Positions 1 through 10,166 are shown, counted from the first letter of the stretch. The stretch: 32,000 nt of DNA from Fastidiosibacter lacustris (GCF_003428155.1 NZ_QLIR01000005.1:60001-92000); one strand, 5' to 3'. Notes: generated from the sequence alone by a model not told the origin. Numbers and translations: made by a program.

Positions 1-2
1 TT

Positions 3-338
3 TCACGCGCCTTAAAATCACTTGCTAAAGAGCTGCATGTGCCAGTAGTTGCGTTATCTCAACTTAATCGTGGGGTAGATGATCGTGCGGATAAGCGTCC
101 AATGATGTCAGATTTACGTGACTCTGGAGCAATTGAGCAAGATGCTGATGTGATTATGTTTGTGTATCGCGATGAAGTCTATCACAAGGATAAAGAGGAT
201 AATAAAGGATTAGGAGAAATAATTATTGGTAAACAGCGTAATGGTCCTATTGGCAGCATCAAAGTTCACTTTGAGGGTCGTTTTTGTCGCTTTGCTGACC
301 TTACATTTGAGCAAGCCGTGCCAATAGGAATTTATTAA
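3..338 (+). CDS. dnaB: Replicative DNA helicase DnaB, C-terminal fragment (5' end outside window)
   Basis: The frame is open from the window edge: [60 protein letters not shown], the DnaB RecA-fold C-terminal signature. Confidence 0.96.
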   Translation, partial: SRALKSLAKELHVPVVALSQLNRGVDDRADKRPMMSDLRDSGAIEQDADVIMFVYRDEVYHKDKEDNKGLGEIIIGKQRNGPIGSIKVHFEGRFCRFADLTFEQAVPIGIY

Positions 339-432
339 CCTATTGTATCTGTTTTCAAGATGAAGCTGCTTATAAAGGCACTCTAACTTATATTCTTTAA
401 GGGTGCTTTAAAACTATATCTAACGTAGTCGC

Positions 433-1797
433 TTAAGCAAACCACAATAAAACGGTGTCTTTCAATCGTTGCCATAATGAACCGGTTGAATCGCCTTTTA
501 ATGTTAAAACTGGGAAGGTTTGAATTACTTTCCCTTTATATGTCATATCAACACTACCTGCTGGTGTGCCAGCTTGGATGGGTGCTACCAAACCTTTAGG
601 GTTTTTGTGTAATACAAATTGAATATCCTTGGCATTCACATCATGTGGGAAGCTGACCGTAATTGGTTGTTGTACTCCAATGTCAACCATGCCTTCAGCA
701 CCTTTATAGACACGAATATCACCAAGTACATAATAGGCAGGATAAAAAGTTTTTGTTTGAAAATTAGAGAAACCATACTCTAATAGCGTTTGGCTATCAC
801 GTGCGCTTTGCAGTAGACTGGTTGAACCCATAACAACAGCAATCAAACGATCATGATCTGGTTTAACTGCAGAAGATACCAAGGAATCGCCAGCAGAATC
901 GGTTGATCCTGTTTTAATACCATCAGCATAAGGGTAAATTTCTAATAATTTATTATAATTTCGCGTGACAAAACCATTCATGCTAACGCTATCCATTTTG
1001 TAATAGTGGTAGTATTGTGGGTAGTCATAGATGATATGTTGAGCCAATACAGCAATGTCACGCGCTGAGGTGTATAAGTTGGGTGCAGGTAAACCCATGA
1101 CATTGCTAAAATGAGTGTTGTTCATTCCAAGTTTATTAGCAGTGAAGTTCATAATGTTAACAAAACCTTCCTGCGTGCCTGCAATGACCATTGCAAGCGT
1201 TACCGCAGCATCATTTCCTGAGGCAACAATTGTGCCTTCAAGCAGGTCTTGAATGGTGACTTTTTGTCCTGCTTTTAAGTGCATGCTAGAGCCTGCAGTG
1301 TGCCATGCTACAGCAGGGACTTTAACCTCTTGATTGAGTTTTAAATTGCCAGAAGCAAGGCGTTGCTCAGCGATGTACAACAACATCATTTTGGTTAAAG
1401 AAGCAGGAGCTACACGCAAATTAGCATTTTTTTCGGCTAATACGTTCCCTGTTTTAGCATCGATAAGAAGATAACCTTTAACGTTTAGCATTGGTGGAGT
1501 GACTACTTGATTTTTCCAAATTTCGGTGGCAGGTGTGACATCAGGTAGTTTGAGATCACTTGGTATAGGTGGAACCTGCACTTCAAATGGTACATTCGCA
1601 CTGGAAGAAACAGCACCATAAGCATTGAGTGGAACACCCATATAATTAACTGAAGCTGCACCATAGGTATTAGGTTGAGTTGTTATTTCACCAGAGGTAG
1701 GTGGTGTATTAGTTTGATTTGCAAGTGCAGGTTTAAGCTGAACCATAAATGAAGCAGAAAGCAGAAATACGGAGACTTTTTTAATATTAAACATCAT
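433..1797 (-). CDS. dacA: D-alanyl-D-alanine carboxypeptidase (PBP5/6 family, peptidase S11)
   Basis: SxxK (ASLTKM), SGND and KTG (DGIKTGSTDSAGDS) active-site motifs, an N-terminal signal peptide and a C-terminal amphipathic segment. Confidence 0.93.
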   Translation of the reverse strand: MMFNIKKVSVFLLSASFMVQLKPALANQTNTPPTSGEITTQPNTYGAASVNYMGVPLNAYGAVSSSANVPFEVQVPPIPSDLKLPDVTPATEIWKNQVVTPPMLNVKGYLLIDAKTGNVLAEKNANLRVAPASLTKMMLLYIAEQRLASGNLKLNQEVKVPAVAWHTAGSSMHLKAGQKVTIQDLLEGTIVASGNDAAVTLAMVIAGTQEGFVNIMNFTANKLGMNNTHFSNVMGLPAPNLYTSARDIAVLAQHIIYDYPQYYHYYKMDSVSMNGFVTRNYNKLLEIYPYADGIKTGSTDSAGDSLVSSAVKPDHDRLIAVVMGSTSLLQSARDSQTLLEYGFSNFQTKTFYPAYYVLGDIRVYKGAEGMVDIGVQQPITVSFPHDVNAKDIQFVLHKNPKGLVAPIQAGTPAGSVDMTYKGKVIQTFPVLTLKGDSTGSLWQRLKDTVLLWFA

Positions 1798-2235
1798 TAT
1801 TACCTATAGGAAATTGACATGCAGTGATTTTTGAAGGCATTATATACCACTCACAACCCATTTTACAGATTTTCTTGCTTTGCATTTTATGTGTTTTTAT
1901 ATGGGATATACCCTAAAAATTCCCCAAAAATTCAAACAATTTTAGAAATTTGAGATGTGTTTTTTGTAAGAAATTTTAGAGTTAAAATAACTAATAATTA
2001 ATCAATTTATGCTTTATCAAAGCATTTTACTTTACAATTACACAAAAATAGAAGACAAAGCGCCGTTTACAAAGTGTAGGTTTTTACTATTTATTTTTTT
2101 ATTGCGGCTTTTGGTGTTCTACTTTTTTCTTGCCTATATTGGTGATAGAATGCCATCCACAGTAACAATCTGTGCTGTATAACCATTTTAAAAATAAAAC
2201 TATTAAACAATTAAAAAAATAAAGAGGATAATACT

Positions 2236-2613
2236 ATGTCTAGAATCCCGTCCTTGCAGGATCCGTTCTTAAATGCACTCAGAAGAGAAAAAATTTCAGT
2301 GTCAATTTATCTAGTCAATGGGATCAAATTGCAAGGCATCATAGAAGCATTTGACCAATTTGCTATTGTGTTACGCAATAGCGTTAATCAGATGGTTTAT
2401 AAGCATGCGATTTCAACTGTTGTACCTGCTAAAGCTGTGCGCTTAGTTTATAGTAACTATAATCCAAACCATAGCCACCAGCATAATAACACTGATCAAG
2501 AAGAAGACTTTGATGGAATCGAAGAAAATGTATATGAAGAATCTTATGATACAGATGTTGAAGAAATACAAGAGCACAACAAACATCCAATACAACAAAA
2601 TACTCAAATTTAA
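2236..2613 (+). CDS. hfq: RNA chaperone Hfq with a long acidic C-terminal tail
   Basis: [61 protein letters not shown] contains the Sm1 and Sm2 (YKHA) motifs. hflX, hflK and hflC follow. Confidence 0.98.
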   Translation: MSRIPSLQDPFLNALRREKISVSIYLVNGIKLQGIIEAFDQFAIVLRNSVNQMVYKHAISTVVPAKAVRLVYSNYNPNHSHQHNNTDQEEDFDGIEENVYEESYDTDVEEIQEHNKHPIQQNTQI

Positions 2614-2642
2614 CCCTTTTAATCACTAAGGAGCTCTTTTCT

Positions 2643-3941
2643 TTGGAGATCTTTCATGACTATGAGGTAGGTGAGAACTGCCTACTAATTGATATTAATT
2701 TTTCATCTAAACCTGAGTTGAACGCAGAGCTTTCTGAGCTAAATGGTCTTGTTCATGCTGCAAATTGGCAAATTTCTGCAACGGTCTGTGCTAAACGAAG
2801 CTTACCAGATCCTAAGTATTTTTGTGGTAGTGGTAAACTCGATGAAATCAAAAAAATCATTGATAATAATCAGATTGATCTTGTGGTTTTTAACCATGCG
2901 ATCACACCTTCTCAAGAGCGTAATATCGAAAAAGCATTAAATTGTAAAGTCATTGATCGTACGCGTTTGATTTTGGAGATATTCTCACAACGTGCTCAAA
3001 CTCATGAAGGAAAGCTACAAGTTGAACTTGCACAATTAAACTACGTTGCTACACGTTTGGTGCGTGGTTGGACACACTTGGAGCGTCAAAAAGGTGGAAT
3101 TGGTATGCGTGGAGGACCTGGCGAAACCCAATTAGAGCTAGATCGACGAATGTTGCGTCAAAAAATTGCCCAAATTGAGAAGCGTTTAGAAAAAGTCAAA
3201 AAGCAACGCGCTTTAAGTCGTACTGCTCGACAAAAAAATGCCGTTCCAACAATTGCCTTTGTCGGTTATACCAATGCTGGAAAATCGACGCTATTTAATA
3301 AATTAAGTGGTGCACAAGTACTAGCAAAAGATCAACTCTTTGCAACATTGGATCCCACACTTCGCAAAGTAATAATTCCAAAATTAGGTGAGGTAGTATT
3401 ATCGGATACGGTAGGTTTTATTCGTAATTTACCGCATAATCTTGTCGAAGCATTTCATGCAACCTTAGAAGAAGCAATTGAAGCAGATTTACTCGTTCAT
3501 GTAATTGATTATGCTGATGAACATCATCGCGCTTATATTGAGCAGGTACATTTGGTGTTGGAACAAATTCATGCTGCTGATAAACCAATTATACAAGTCT
3601 ATAACAAAATAGATCGTTTAGAGGATGTTAAAGCACATATCATTTATCATAAAGATAAGCCGGCAGATGTCTATTTATCCGCGCAAACAGGACAAGGTAT
3701 TCAATTTCTATATGAAGCAGTTGCCAAATATTTTAATCAACAATGGTTAAAAGGCGTGTTGGTATTGTCCACCAAGCACGCCAAAGTAAGAGCAGAACTA
3801 TATCAGCTAGGGGCTGTTGAAAAAGAGACAATAAGTGACAGTGGAGAGTATCAATTAGCTTTACACATTGCAAAAAGCGATTTTGATGAAATTTGCGCAC
3901 ACAATAAACTTGAGTTAATAGCAAAATTTAGTCACCATTAG
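2643..3941 (+). CDS. hflX: GTPase HflX (probable TTG start)
   Basis: GxxxxGKST G1 (GYTNAGKSTLFNKLSG), DTVGFIRNLPHNLVEAFHATLEE, and the HflX glycine-rich segment GGIGMRGGPGETQLELDRR. Confidence 0.97.
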   Translation: MEIFHDYEVGENCLLIDINFSSKPELNAELSELNGLVHAANWQISATVCAKRSLPDPKYFCGSGKLDEIKKIIDNNQIDLVVFNHAITPSQERNIEKALNCKVIDRTRLILEIFSQRAQTHEGKLQVELAQLNYVATRLVRGWTHLERQKGGIGMRGGPGETQLELDRRMLRQKIAQIEKRLEKVKKQRALSRTARQKNAVPTIAFVGYTNAGKSTLFNKLSGAQVLAKDQLFATLDPTLRKVIIPKLGEVVLSDTVGFIRNLPHNLVEAFHATLEEAIEADLLVHVIDYADEHHRAYIEQVHLVLEQIHAADKPIIQVYNKIDRLEDVKAHIIYHKDKPADVYLSAQTGQGIQFLYEAVAKYFNQQWLKGVLVLSTKHAKVRAELYQLGAVEKETISDSGEYQLALHIAKSDFDEICAHNKLELIAKFSHH

Positions 3942-3972
3942 CGCACTGAAAGAGAAACCTAAAGTAGTATCG

Positions 3973-5100
3973 ATGGCATTTAAGTTTTTATCACTTAATA
4001 AAGTTTTCAACCAAGGACCACCTGATCTGGAGGAAGCGATTCGCCGATTTTTAGGCAAGGGTCGTAAATCAAACCAAGGGAATGATTCCAATCATTCATC
4101 TAATGACTCACCTAGTCCAAATATTGGTGGGAACGGTCAAGGGTCAGAGCCGCCTAAAAAAGATAACAATCGTAGCATTTACTCACGAAACGTAAGTCAG
4201 CAAAAACCCTTGCCAGTTAAGAGAATTATAGTTGGTGTAGCAGTGACTATTATTGTTGTATGGGCTGCAATGGGAATTTATGTTGTACAACCAGCACAAC
4301 AAGCAGCAGTGTTGGCCTTTGGTAAATTTTCATCTGTCGAAGGGTCAGGCATGCACTGGCATCCACCTGGTTTTGTTAGTGTGATCAAGAAAGACGTTGA
4401 GGTATTAAATACAATAAAATTGGATAAGCAGATGCTGACTTCTGAAGAGAATATTGTTCATGTATCGTTTTCAGTTCAATACCGCATTGCAAATTTAGAA
4501 AAATATTTATTTGCAACAAATAATCCTGAGCTTATCTTAAGACAATCGCTTGAGAGCGCTGTTCGTCAAGTAGTTGGTGAAAATAAACTTGAGAAAATCT
4601 TAACAACTTCTAGAACTCAGATTACCTTAGAAGTACAAAAAGAGTTAGAAAAATTACTTCAAAAATATCAAACAGGTATTTTAGTTAGTGAGGTGATTAT
4701 GCAGCCTGCACAAGCTCCATCGGAGGTCAAAAGTGCATTTGATGATGTGATCAAAGCGCGTGAAGATCGTGAACGCATTCAAAACGAGGCACAAAGCTAT
4801 GCTAATAAAGTTGTCCCCGTTGCTAAAGGTAAAGCACAACGTATTTTGGATGAAGCGCGTGCATATCAAGAAAAAGTAGTGTTAGAAGCGCAAGGTAATG
4901 TGGCAAACTTTAGCCAATTATTGCCAGTATATCAGCAAAACCCAAATATTATCGAAAGCCAGCTATATTATCAGACGATGGAAAATATATTTAAAAATAA
5001 CAAACTGTATATTGTTGATGGCGATGGTGCTAAGAATATCTTTTATGGTGATAAATTATCGCCTGTGGCCTTATCCTCAACTGTCCAAGGAGGTCGCTAA
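3973..5100 (+). CDS. hflK: FtsH protease modulator HflK (SPFH/band 7)
   Basis: Glycine/asparagine-rich N-terminus, a TM segment, then an SPFH domain (QAAVLAFGKFSSVEGSGMHWHPPG...). Sits next to hflC. Confidence 0.95.
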   Translation: MAFKFLSLNKVFNQGPPDLEEAIRRFLGKGRKSNQGNDSNHSSNDSPSPNIGGNGQGSEPPKKDNNRSIYSRNVSQQKPLPVKRIIVGVAVTIIVVWAAMGIYVVQPAQQAAVLAFGKFSSVEGSGMHWHPPGFVSVIKKDVEVLNTIKLDKQMLTSEENIVHVSFSVQYRIANLEKYLFATNNPELILRQSLESAVRQVVGENKLEKILTTSRTQITLEVQKELEKLLQKYQTGILVSEVIMQPAQAPSEVKSAFDDVIKAREDRERIQNEAQSYANKVVPVAKGKAQRILDEARAYQEKVVLEAQGNVANFSQLLPVYQQNPNIIESQLYYQTMENIFKNNKLYIVDGDGAKNIFYGDKLSPVALSSTVQGGR

Positions 5101-5996
5101 TGAGCAATAAATTAATGAGTTTGATCGTCGTTATTATTGTAGTATTGTTGTTGTTATTTAGTTTGCTTTTTCGTGTTAATCAAGGAAATGAAGCAGTGAT
5201 TTTAAGACTTGGGGAGCTCAATCAAACAAAAGATGGTCAAGTCAAAGTCTATACGCCTGGGTTAAACTTTAAAATCCCACTGATTGAACAGATAAAGACC
5301 TATGATATGCGTTTGCGCACATTAATAGTAGATTCATCACGCGTGGTAACCAATGAGCAAAAAGATGTAATTATTGATGCGTATTTGGAGTGGAAGATTA
5401 TTAATATTTCCCAGTTTTACCGTAGTGTATCTGGTAACGATTCACGTGCTGAATTATTGTTAAAACAGTTTCTAGAAGCATCCCTGCGTGCAGAGGTCGG
5501 TAAAATTGATATTCAAGGTTTGATTAATAATGAACGTGATCAGCTTATGCAAACTTTAACTAGGAGTGTTCAAGATCAAGCAAAGAAAATTGGTATTGAT
5601 GTCGTTGATGTGAGAATTAAACAGATTGACCTACCTGAAACAGTTACTGATTCAATCTATCAAAGAATGCGTTCTGAGCGTCAAAAAGTAGCAGCTTCTA
5701 TTCGTGCTCAAGGGGAACAATTATCTGAATCGATTCGCGCTGATGCAGATGCAACAGTTACCATTACTCTTGCTAAAGCTGATCGTGATGCAAAAGAGAT
5801 AAAAGCAAAGGCAGATGCTAAAGCAGCTCAAATCTATGCAGAGACATATGGGCAGTCTAAGAAGTTTTATGATTTTTGGCGTACTATGCAGGCTTATCAA
5901 ATAAGCTTTAGTGGTAAAAAAGACGATGTCTTTATCCTCAAACCACAAGGTGAATTCTTTAAGTACTTTAATAGTGGAGCTTTGACTTCAGCTTAA
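5100..5996 (+). CDS. hflC: FtsH protease modulator HflC (SPFH/band 7)
   Basis: N-terminal TM segment followed by an SPFH domain. The start overlaps the hflK stop (TAATG). Confidence 0.95.
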   Translation: MSNKLMSLIVVIIVVLLLLFSLLFRVNQGNEAVILRLGELNQTKDGQVKVYTPGLNFKIPLIEQIKTYDMRLRTLIVDSSRVVTNEQKDVIIDAYLEWKIINISQFYRSVSGNDSRAELLLKQFLEASLRAEVGKIDIQGLINNERDQLMQTLTRSVQDQAKKIGIDVVDVRIKQIDLPETVTDSIYQRMRSERQKVAASIRAQGEQLSESIRADADATVTITLAKADRDAKEIKAKADAKAAQIYAETYGQSKKFYDFWRTMQAYQISFSGKKDDVFILKPQGEFFKYFNSGALTSA

Positions 5997-6012
5997 AAAT
6001 AAAGGAATACTT

Positions 6013-6672
6013 GTGCTTTATAACAACGTTATCTTTGACTTTGATTCAACCTTAATTCGTTTTGAATCACTTGAGCTTATTATGAAGAATTTACTAAATG
6101 GTGATGAAAATAAAATTAAGGCAATTGAAGGTTTAACTGAAGCAGGTATGAATGGTGAGATTAGCTTTAGAGAAAGTTTGGATCGACGATTACAGATAGC
6201 CAAGCCAACAAAAGCCGCATTAAACTGGTTTGCAGCTCAATATTGTCCGAGTGCGTTTACTTTTGGTATAGAGGCGCTTATTATCGATTTGCAGCGCATG
6301 GGTGTGGAAGTTTTTATTATTAGTGGCGGTTTTAAAGAGTTCATACTTCCTTTTTCTCAGACTTTACATATCAATCAAAACTATGTTTTTGCTGTTGAAC
6401 TCAATTGGGATGAACAAGGTGTTTTTAAGAGCCTTAATAACGATAACGGTTTTTGTGATTCTAAATTAGTTGGCGCACAAAAAATTAAGCATAAACTCAA
6501 AGGAAAAACAGTAGTTATAGGTGACGGATTTACGGATTTTGAACTCTATCGAGCAAGAATTGCAGATGACTTTATTGTCTATACTGAACACGTCAAACGC
6601 CGTAAAGTGATTAACTTGGCACCATATTATGCTAATTCAACTGAAGAATTAAGAGTCCTACTTCAACTTTAA
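6013..6672 (+). CDS. HAD-superfamily phosphatase, SerB-like
   Basis: DFDSTLIRFESLE (HAD motif I), FIISGGFKEF (motif II) and GDGFTDFELYR (motif IV). Exact start uncertain (TTG 6013 or nearby). Confidence 0.8.
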   Translation: MLYNNVIFDFDSTLIRFESLELIMKNLLNGDENKIKAIEGLTEAGMNGEISFRESLDRRLQIAKPTKAALNWFAAQYCPSAFTFGIEALIIDLQRMGVEVFIISGGFKEFILPFSQTLHINQNYVFAVELNWDEQGVFKSLNNDNGFCDSKLVGAQKIKHKLKGKTVVIGDGFTDFELYRARIADDFIVYTEHVKRRKVINLAPYYANSTEELRVLLQL

Positions 6673-6763
6673 AGAAGTATTTTGACTCAAAAGAAGCCCA
6701 ATTTCATCATGTTCTAAGAAATCCATTTGAACTTAATTAGTTTTTTCACTACAATCTGAAGTT

Positions 6764-6851
6764 GCAACAGGGGTGCAAGCTTAACGTTTGCTGAGAAGGT
6801 CATTCCTAACCCTTTGTACCTGAACTAGTTAATACTAGCGTAGGAAGTTGT
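6764..6851 (+). promoter_or_regulatory. TPP riboswitch (THI element)
   Basis: gcaacaggggtgc...tttgctgagaaggtcattcctaacccttTGTACCTGAACTAGTTAATACTAGCGTAGGAAGttgt. It has the conserved GGGGUGC, GCUGAGA, ACCCUUUG(U)ACCUGA..C.GG/UUAAUAC..GCGUAGGAA core. P1 can be drawn as gcaac/guugu. Confidence 0.93.
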
Positions 6852-6900
6852 ACCCTTTTCGTTATGGTTTGCAGCTTTCTATACTTAAATTATAGGAGGC

Positions 6901-7524
6901 ATGATGGAATACATTGGTTATATTAGCATTAATATATCATTCGTTATTTATTGTACTTATTTCTTACCACAAATTATTTATAACCAGATTAAATGCCAAG
7001 CAGGATATATTAGTCATAGTAATCAAACACTTATGATTGTTGCAAATACGCTTGATCTTATATACGGTTTTGGTTTTAATTTGCAATGGCAATATCGTAC
7101 TGTCACGATGTCTATTTTGTTATGTTTACTATTTCAACAATGGCAGATATATAGAGATAGTCAGCAGAAAATATATCGATTTCATATTGTCATTTTAACA
7201 ATTGTTATTTTAGGTATAATATTTGCAATTTTCAATATATTAGGTCCTAAAGTATTACAAAAAATAGGATTTATAAGTATGTTTTGCTACGCAGTGCACT
7301 GGTTGCCACAAATCGTTAAAAATATAAAAGAAAAAAATGCCAGTGCTTTTAGTGTATGGTTTTTATTACTAAATATTATTGCTTTGCTTTGTGATGAAAT
7401 ATCAGCACTTAGTTTTGGATGGCCATTACCTAGTTTATTGAGTCCAATTTTAATTTTAAGTTTATTATTCATTGTGGTTGGTCAATATTACTACTACCAA
7501 CGCTTGAGAATGATTATTGATTAG
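6901..7524 (+). CDS. PQ-loop repeat membrane protein, candidate thiamine/thiamine-precursor transporter
   Basis: Two PQ-loop motifs (YFLPQIIYNQ and HWLPQIVKNIKEKNASAFSVW), about 7 hydrophobic segments, directly downstream of a TPP riboswitch. SD-like AGGAGG lies just upstream of the start. Confidence 0.85.
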   Translation: MMEYIGYISINISFVIYCTYFLPQIIYNQIKCQAGYISHSNQTLMIVANTLDLIYGFGFNLQWQYRTVTMSILLCLLFQQWQIYRDSQQKIYRFHIVILTIVILGIIFAIFNILGPKVLQKIGFISMFCYAVHWLPQIVKNIKEKNASAFSVWFLLLNIIALLCDEISALSFGWPLPSLLSPILILSLLFIVVGQYYYYQRLRMIID

Positions 7525-7618
7525 TACCAGTTCAGTGCTATATGTTGGATTTTAGTATACAAATGAATGAAAAACAGTATGCTGGCAACTAATCCTATTA
7601 AAATGGAAACGCAATAAT

Positions 7619-8773
7619 ATGGTTATTTCTGAAATAGAGCGTTATCGAGCAAGCAAAAAGGTTACCATCACTAGTATGTTTGTTAATACTTTATTAGCGG
7701 CATTAAAAATGGTCATTGGTTTGATTGGTCGATCACCCGCTTTGTTTGCAGATGGTATACATTCATTCTCAGATTTATTAAGTGACATCATGGTATTATT
7801 TGCCACCAAGCATGCCAATAAAGGGGCCGATTACAATCATCCTTATGGGCATGAACGTATAGAAACATTAGCGACAGTGGTGTTGTCAATTATGTTGATT
7901 ATGATTGCACTTCTTATTAGTTATCACTCTATACAAAATTGGTTTATAGGTGAGTTAATCATCCCTGATCAGTGGACCATTTACGCCGCTATTTTTTCAA
8001 TTGTGGCAAATGAAGGATTGTTTCGTTATATTATGGTGACAGCAAATCGGATTGGTTCAGATTTACTGCGTGCAAATGCGTGGCATAGCCGATCAGATAT
8101 GTGGTCATCTGTTGTGGTATTGATTGGATTAATTGGTACGACGTTAGGTGTTACGTGGATGGATTCACTGGCAGCAATTATTGTATCGATTATGATTGGG
8201 AAAATGGGTGTTGAATGGTGTTATAAAGCGTTATCTGAATTAGTCGATACTGGAGTTAATGAAGAGATATTACATAAAATTGAGGAAACAATTGCTAAAG
8301 TTGATGGTGTTAAAAGGTTTCACTGTTTGCGCACACGTAAGATGGCAGGACAGATCATTTTGGATGTACATGTTTTAGTTGATTCACACATAACAGCATC
8401 AGAAGGACACTATGTAGCAGAACATGTGCGTGGTGCATTAGCACTTAAAATTGAAAATATAAAAGATATCACGGTGCATGTGGATGTAGCAGAGCATCCA
8501 GAACAAATCGTTGATCCAAAAGACATGCCACCTAATCGCACGGAAATTATGCGCCAACTCGAAGTCTACCTAGTACAAAATCATCAAAATGTTAATTTAC
8601 ATCAAATTGAATTGTTTGTTTATTACTACTCTAAGAAGATTGAGTTATACTTATTGGCGCCAGCAGCTTGTAAGCGAGCGTTAGTGGATGCGAATCTTGA
8701 AAGCTTTAAGATTGAGGGTATGACAACAATTATTAAGCTTTTCATGTTGCATTCTGTGCAAGAAGAAAAATAA
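7619..8773 (+). CDS. Cation diffusion facilitator (CDF) family transporter
   Basis: SPALFADGIHSFSDLLSDIMVLFA and NHPYGHERIETLATVVLS (CDF metal-site motifs), ANAWHSRSDMWSSVVVLIG, and a C-terminal cytoplasmic domain. Confidence 0.93.
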   Translation: MVISEIERYRASKKVTITSMFVNTLLAALKMVIGLIGRSPALFADGIHSFSDLLSDIMVLFATKHANKGADYNHPYGHERIETLATVVLSIMLIMIALLISYHSIQNWFIGELIIPDQWTIYAAIFSIVANEGLFRYIMVTANRIGSDLLRANAWHSRSDMWSSVVVLIGLIGTTLGVTWMDSLAAIIVSIMIGKMGVEWCYKALSELVDTGVNEEILHKIEETIAKVDGVKRFHCLRTRKMAGQIILDVHVLVDSHITASEGHYVAEHVRGALALKIENIKDITVHVDVAEHPEQIVDPKDMPPNRTEIMRQLEVYLVQNHQNVNLHQIELFVYYYSKKIELYLLAPAACKRALVDANLESFKIEGMTTIIKLFMLHSVQEEK

Positions 8774-8999
8774 GCTACCCAGCTTTACAAACCGATTTTA
8801 GCTACGCACGGGGCTTATGAGGTTCAAAGCTAAACAAACAAAAACTCATACGTTTCTTATCTTTGTAGGTGAATAGATGGGAAGTTAGGGTTTAGCAAGA
8901 TGGTTTTTTTAAATGCAAGCGGGTAAATAAATTTGTGTTCAGAGAAGACAATGGTGATAAATTGTAAAACTTAAGGTTATAGTAGGGATAAAAATAGCG

Positions 9000-10166
9000 A
9001 TGCATAATTTAATATTTGTATTTTTTTTGGTTTTTTTTGGTGCATCAGTTTTTGCAACTTTAGCACTTTATACACGTCAAGCAATCATTGTTGCCTATAT
9101 CGTTTTGGGTATAGTTGTTGGTCCTCATTGCTTAGGACTTATTAGTGACACAACAACTATTCAAGAGACCTCAGATATTGGTATTATGTTTTTGTTATTT
9201 TTGCTTGGTCTTAACCTTGAAATTAAAAGTATGATCAAAATGCTAGGTAAGGCGCTTTTTGTGTCTATTACCAGTAGCATTGTTTTTATTGTTGCAACAG
9301 TTGTGATTTGTCACGCTTTTGGTATTGGTGCTCAAGGCTTTATTATTGGAGCGGCTTTGATCTTCTCAAGCACAATTATCTGTTTGAAATTATTACCAAC
9401 GACGGCTTTACATCATAAACGATTGGGCGAACTGGTGATTGCAATTTTATTGGTTCAAGACTTAATAGCAATTTTGATGTTAACCTTTATTAGTCTTTGG
9501 TCATCACAAACAGAAAGCTTTAATTTATTCTCGCTTATAAAGCTTTTACTTGCATTGCCAGTATTGGGTGGAGTGGGGTATCTTGCTCAAAAGTACTTTT
9601 TGTTTAGTTTGTTTAGACGCTTTAGCCGCTTTCAGGAATATATTTTCTTATTATCGATTGGCTGGTGTATTGGAATGGCGCAACTTGCGATCGTATTTGG
9701 GCTATCTAATGAAATTGGTGCTTTTATTGCTGGTGTGATTGTTGCAAGTTCTCCGATTGCTAAATATATTTATGAGAACTTAAAGCCGCTTCGAGATTTC
9801 TTTTTAATTTTGTTTTTCTTCTCAGTGGGTGCTGGGTTTCAGATTGGGTTGTTAACATCTGTTTGGGGTGTGGTATTGGCATTGACTGTACTGATTTTAG
9901 TATTAAAACCCATCCTACATTTCGTCACATTATGGTTAGTACGTGAAACGCCAAAGGAATCGTTTGAAATTGGCATGCGGCTTGGTCAGGGCAGTGAGTT
10001 CTCATTGATGTTAATTTCATTAGCAACTACAGCAGGGGTTGCTACTAATAGCTCCGAAATTATTGTTGAGGCAGTAGCAATATTAAGCTTTATTGTATCG
10101 TCTTATATTGTTGTATTGACTTATCCAAGCCCAATTGCTGTTTCAGATCGATTACGACGTGATTAA
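9000..10166 (+). CDS. CPA2-family monovalent cation:proton antiporter, membrane domain only
   Basis: GPHCLGLI..., DIGIMFLLFLLGLNLE, LSNEIGAFIAGVIVASSP and RLGQGSEFSLMLISLA are typical of KefB/KefC-like antiporters. The 388 aa ORF ends after the transmembrane domain. Confidence 0.9.
   Translation: MHNLIFVFFLVFFGASVFATLALYTRQAIIVAYIVLGIVVGPHCLGLISDTTTIQETSDIGIMFLLFLLGLNLEIKSMIKMLGKALFVSITSSIVFIVATVVICHAFGIGAQGFIIGAALIFSSTIICLKLLPTTALHHKRLGELVIAILLVQDLIAILMLTFISLWSSQTESFNLFSLIKLLLALPVLGGVGYLAQKYFLFSLFRRFSRFQEYIFLLSIGWCIGMAQLAIVFGLSNEIGAFIAGVIVASSPIAKYIYENLKPLRDFFLILFFFSVGAGFQIGLLTSVWGVVLALTVLILVLKPILHFVTLWLVRETPKESFEIGMRLGQGSEFSLMLISLATTAGVATNSSEIIVEAVAILSFIVSSYIVVLTYPSPIAVSDRLRRD

Noticed and set aside
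374-409. Possible terminator between dnaB and dacA (aaaggcactc...gggtgcttt)
   Set aside because: The stem is imperfect with a long loop, so it is not strong enough to list as a feature.
1800-2235. A 430-bp AT-rich gap upstream of hfq, considered as an sRNA or missing miaA
   Set aside because: No ORF or MiaA-like sequence and no convincing hairpin plus U-tract. It probably holds the hfq promoter region. I cannot assign a precise promoter by eye.
2429-5948. Short ORFs opposite or out of frame with hfq, hflX, hflK and hflC (2429-2626, 2743-2940, 3733-3924, 4681-4869, 4898-5110, 5721-5948)
   Set aside because: They overlap highly conserved genes in other frames and show no recognisable domain.
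8774-8999. Gap between the CDF gene and the antiporter, considered as a degraded gene or small RNA
   Set aside because: No supported ORF fragment or clear structure found. Short word similarity to 18384-18450 (ggttcaaagc / gttcaaagca) is too weak to call a repeat.
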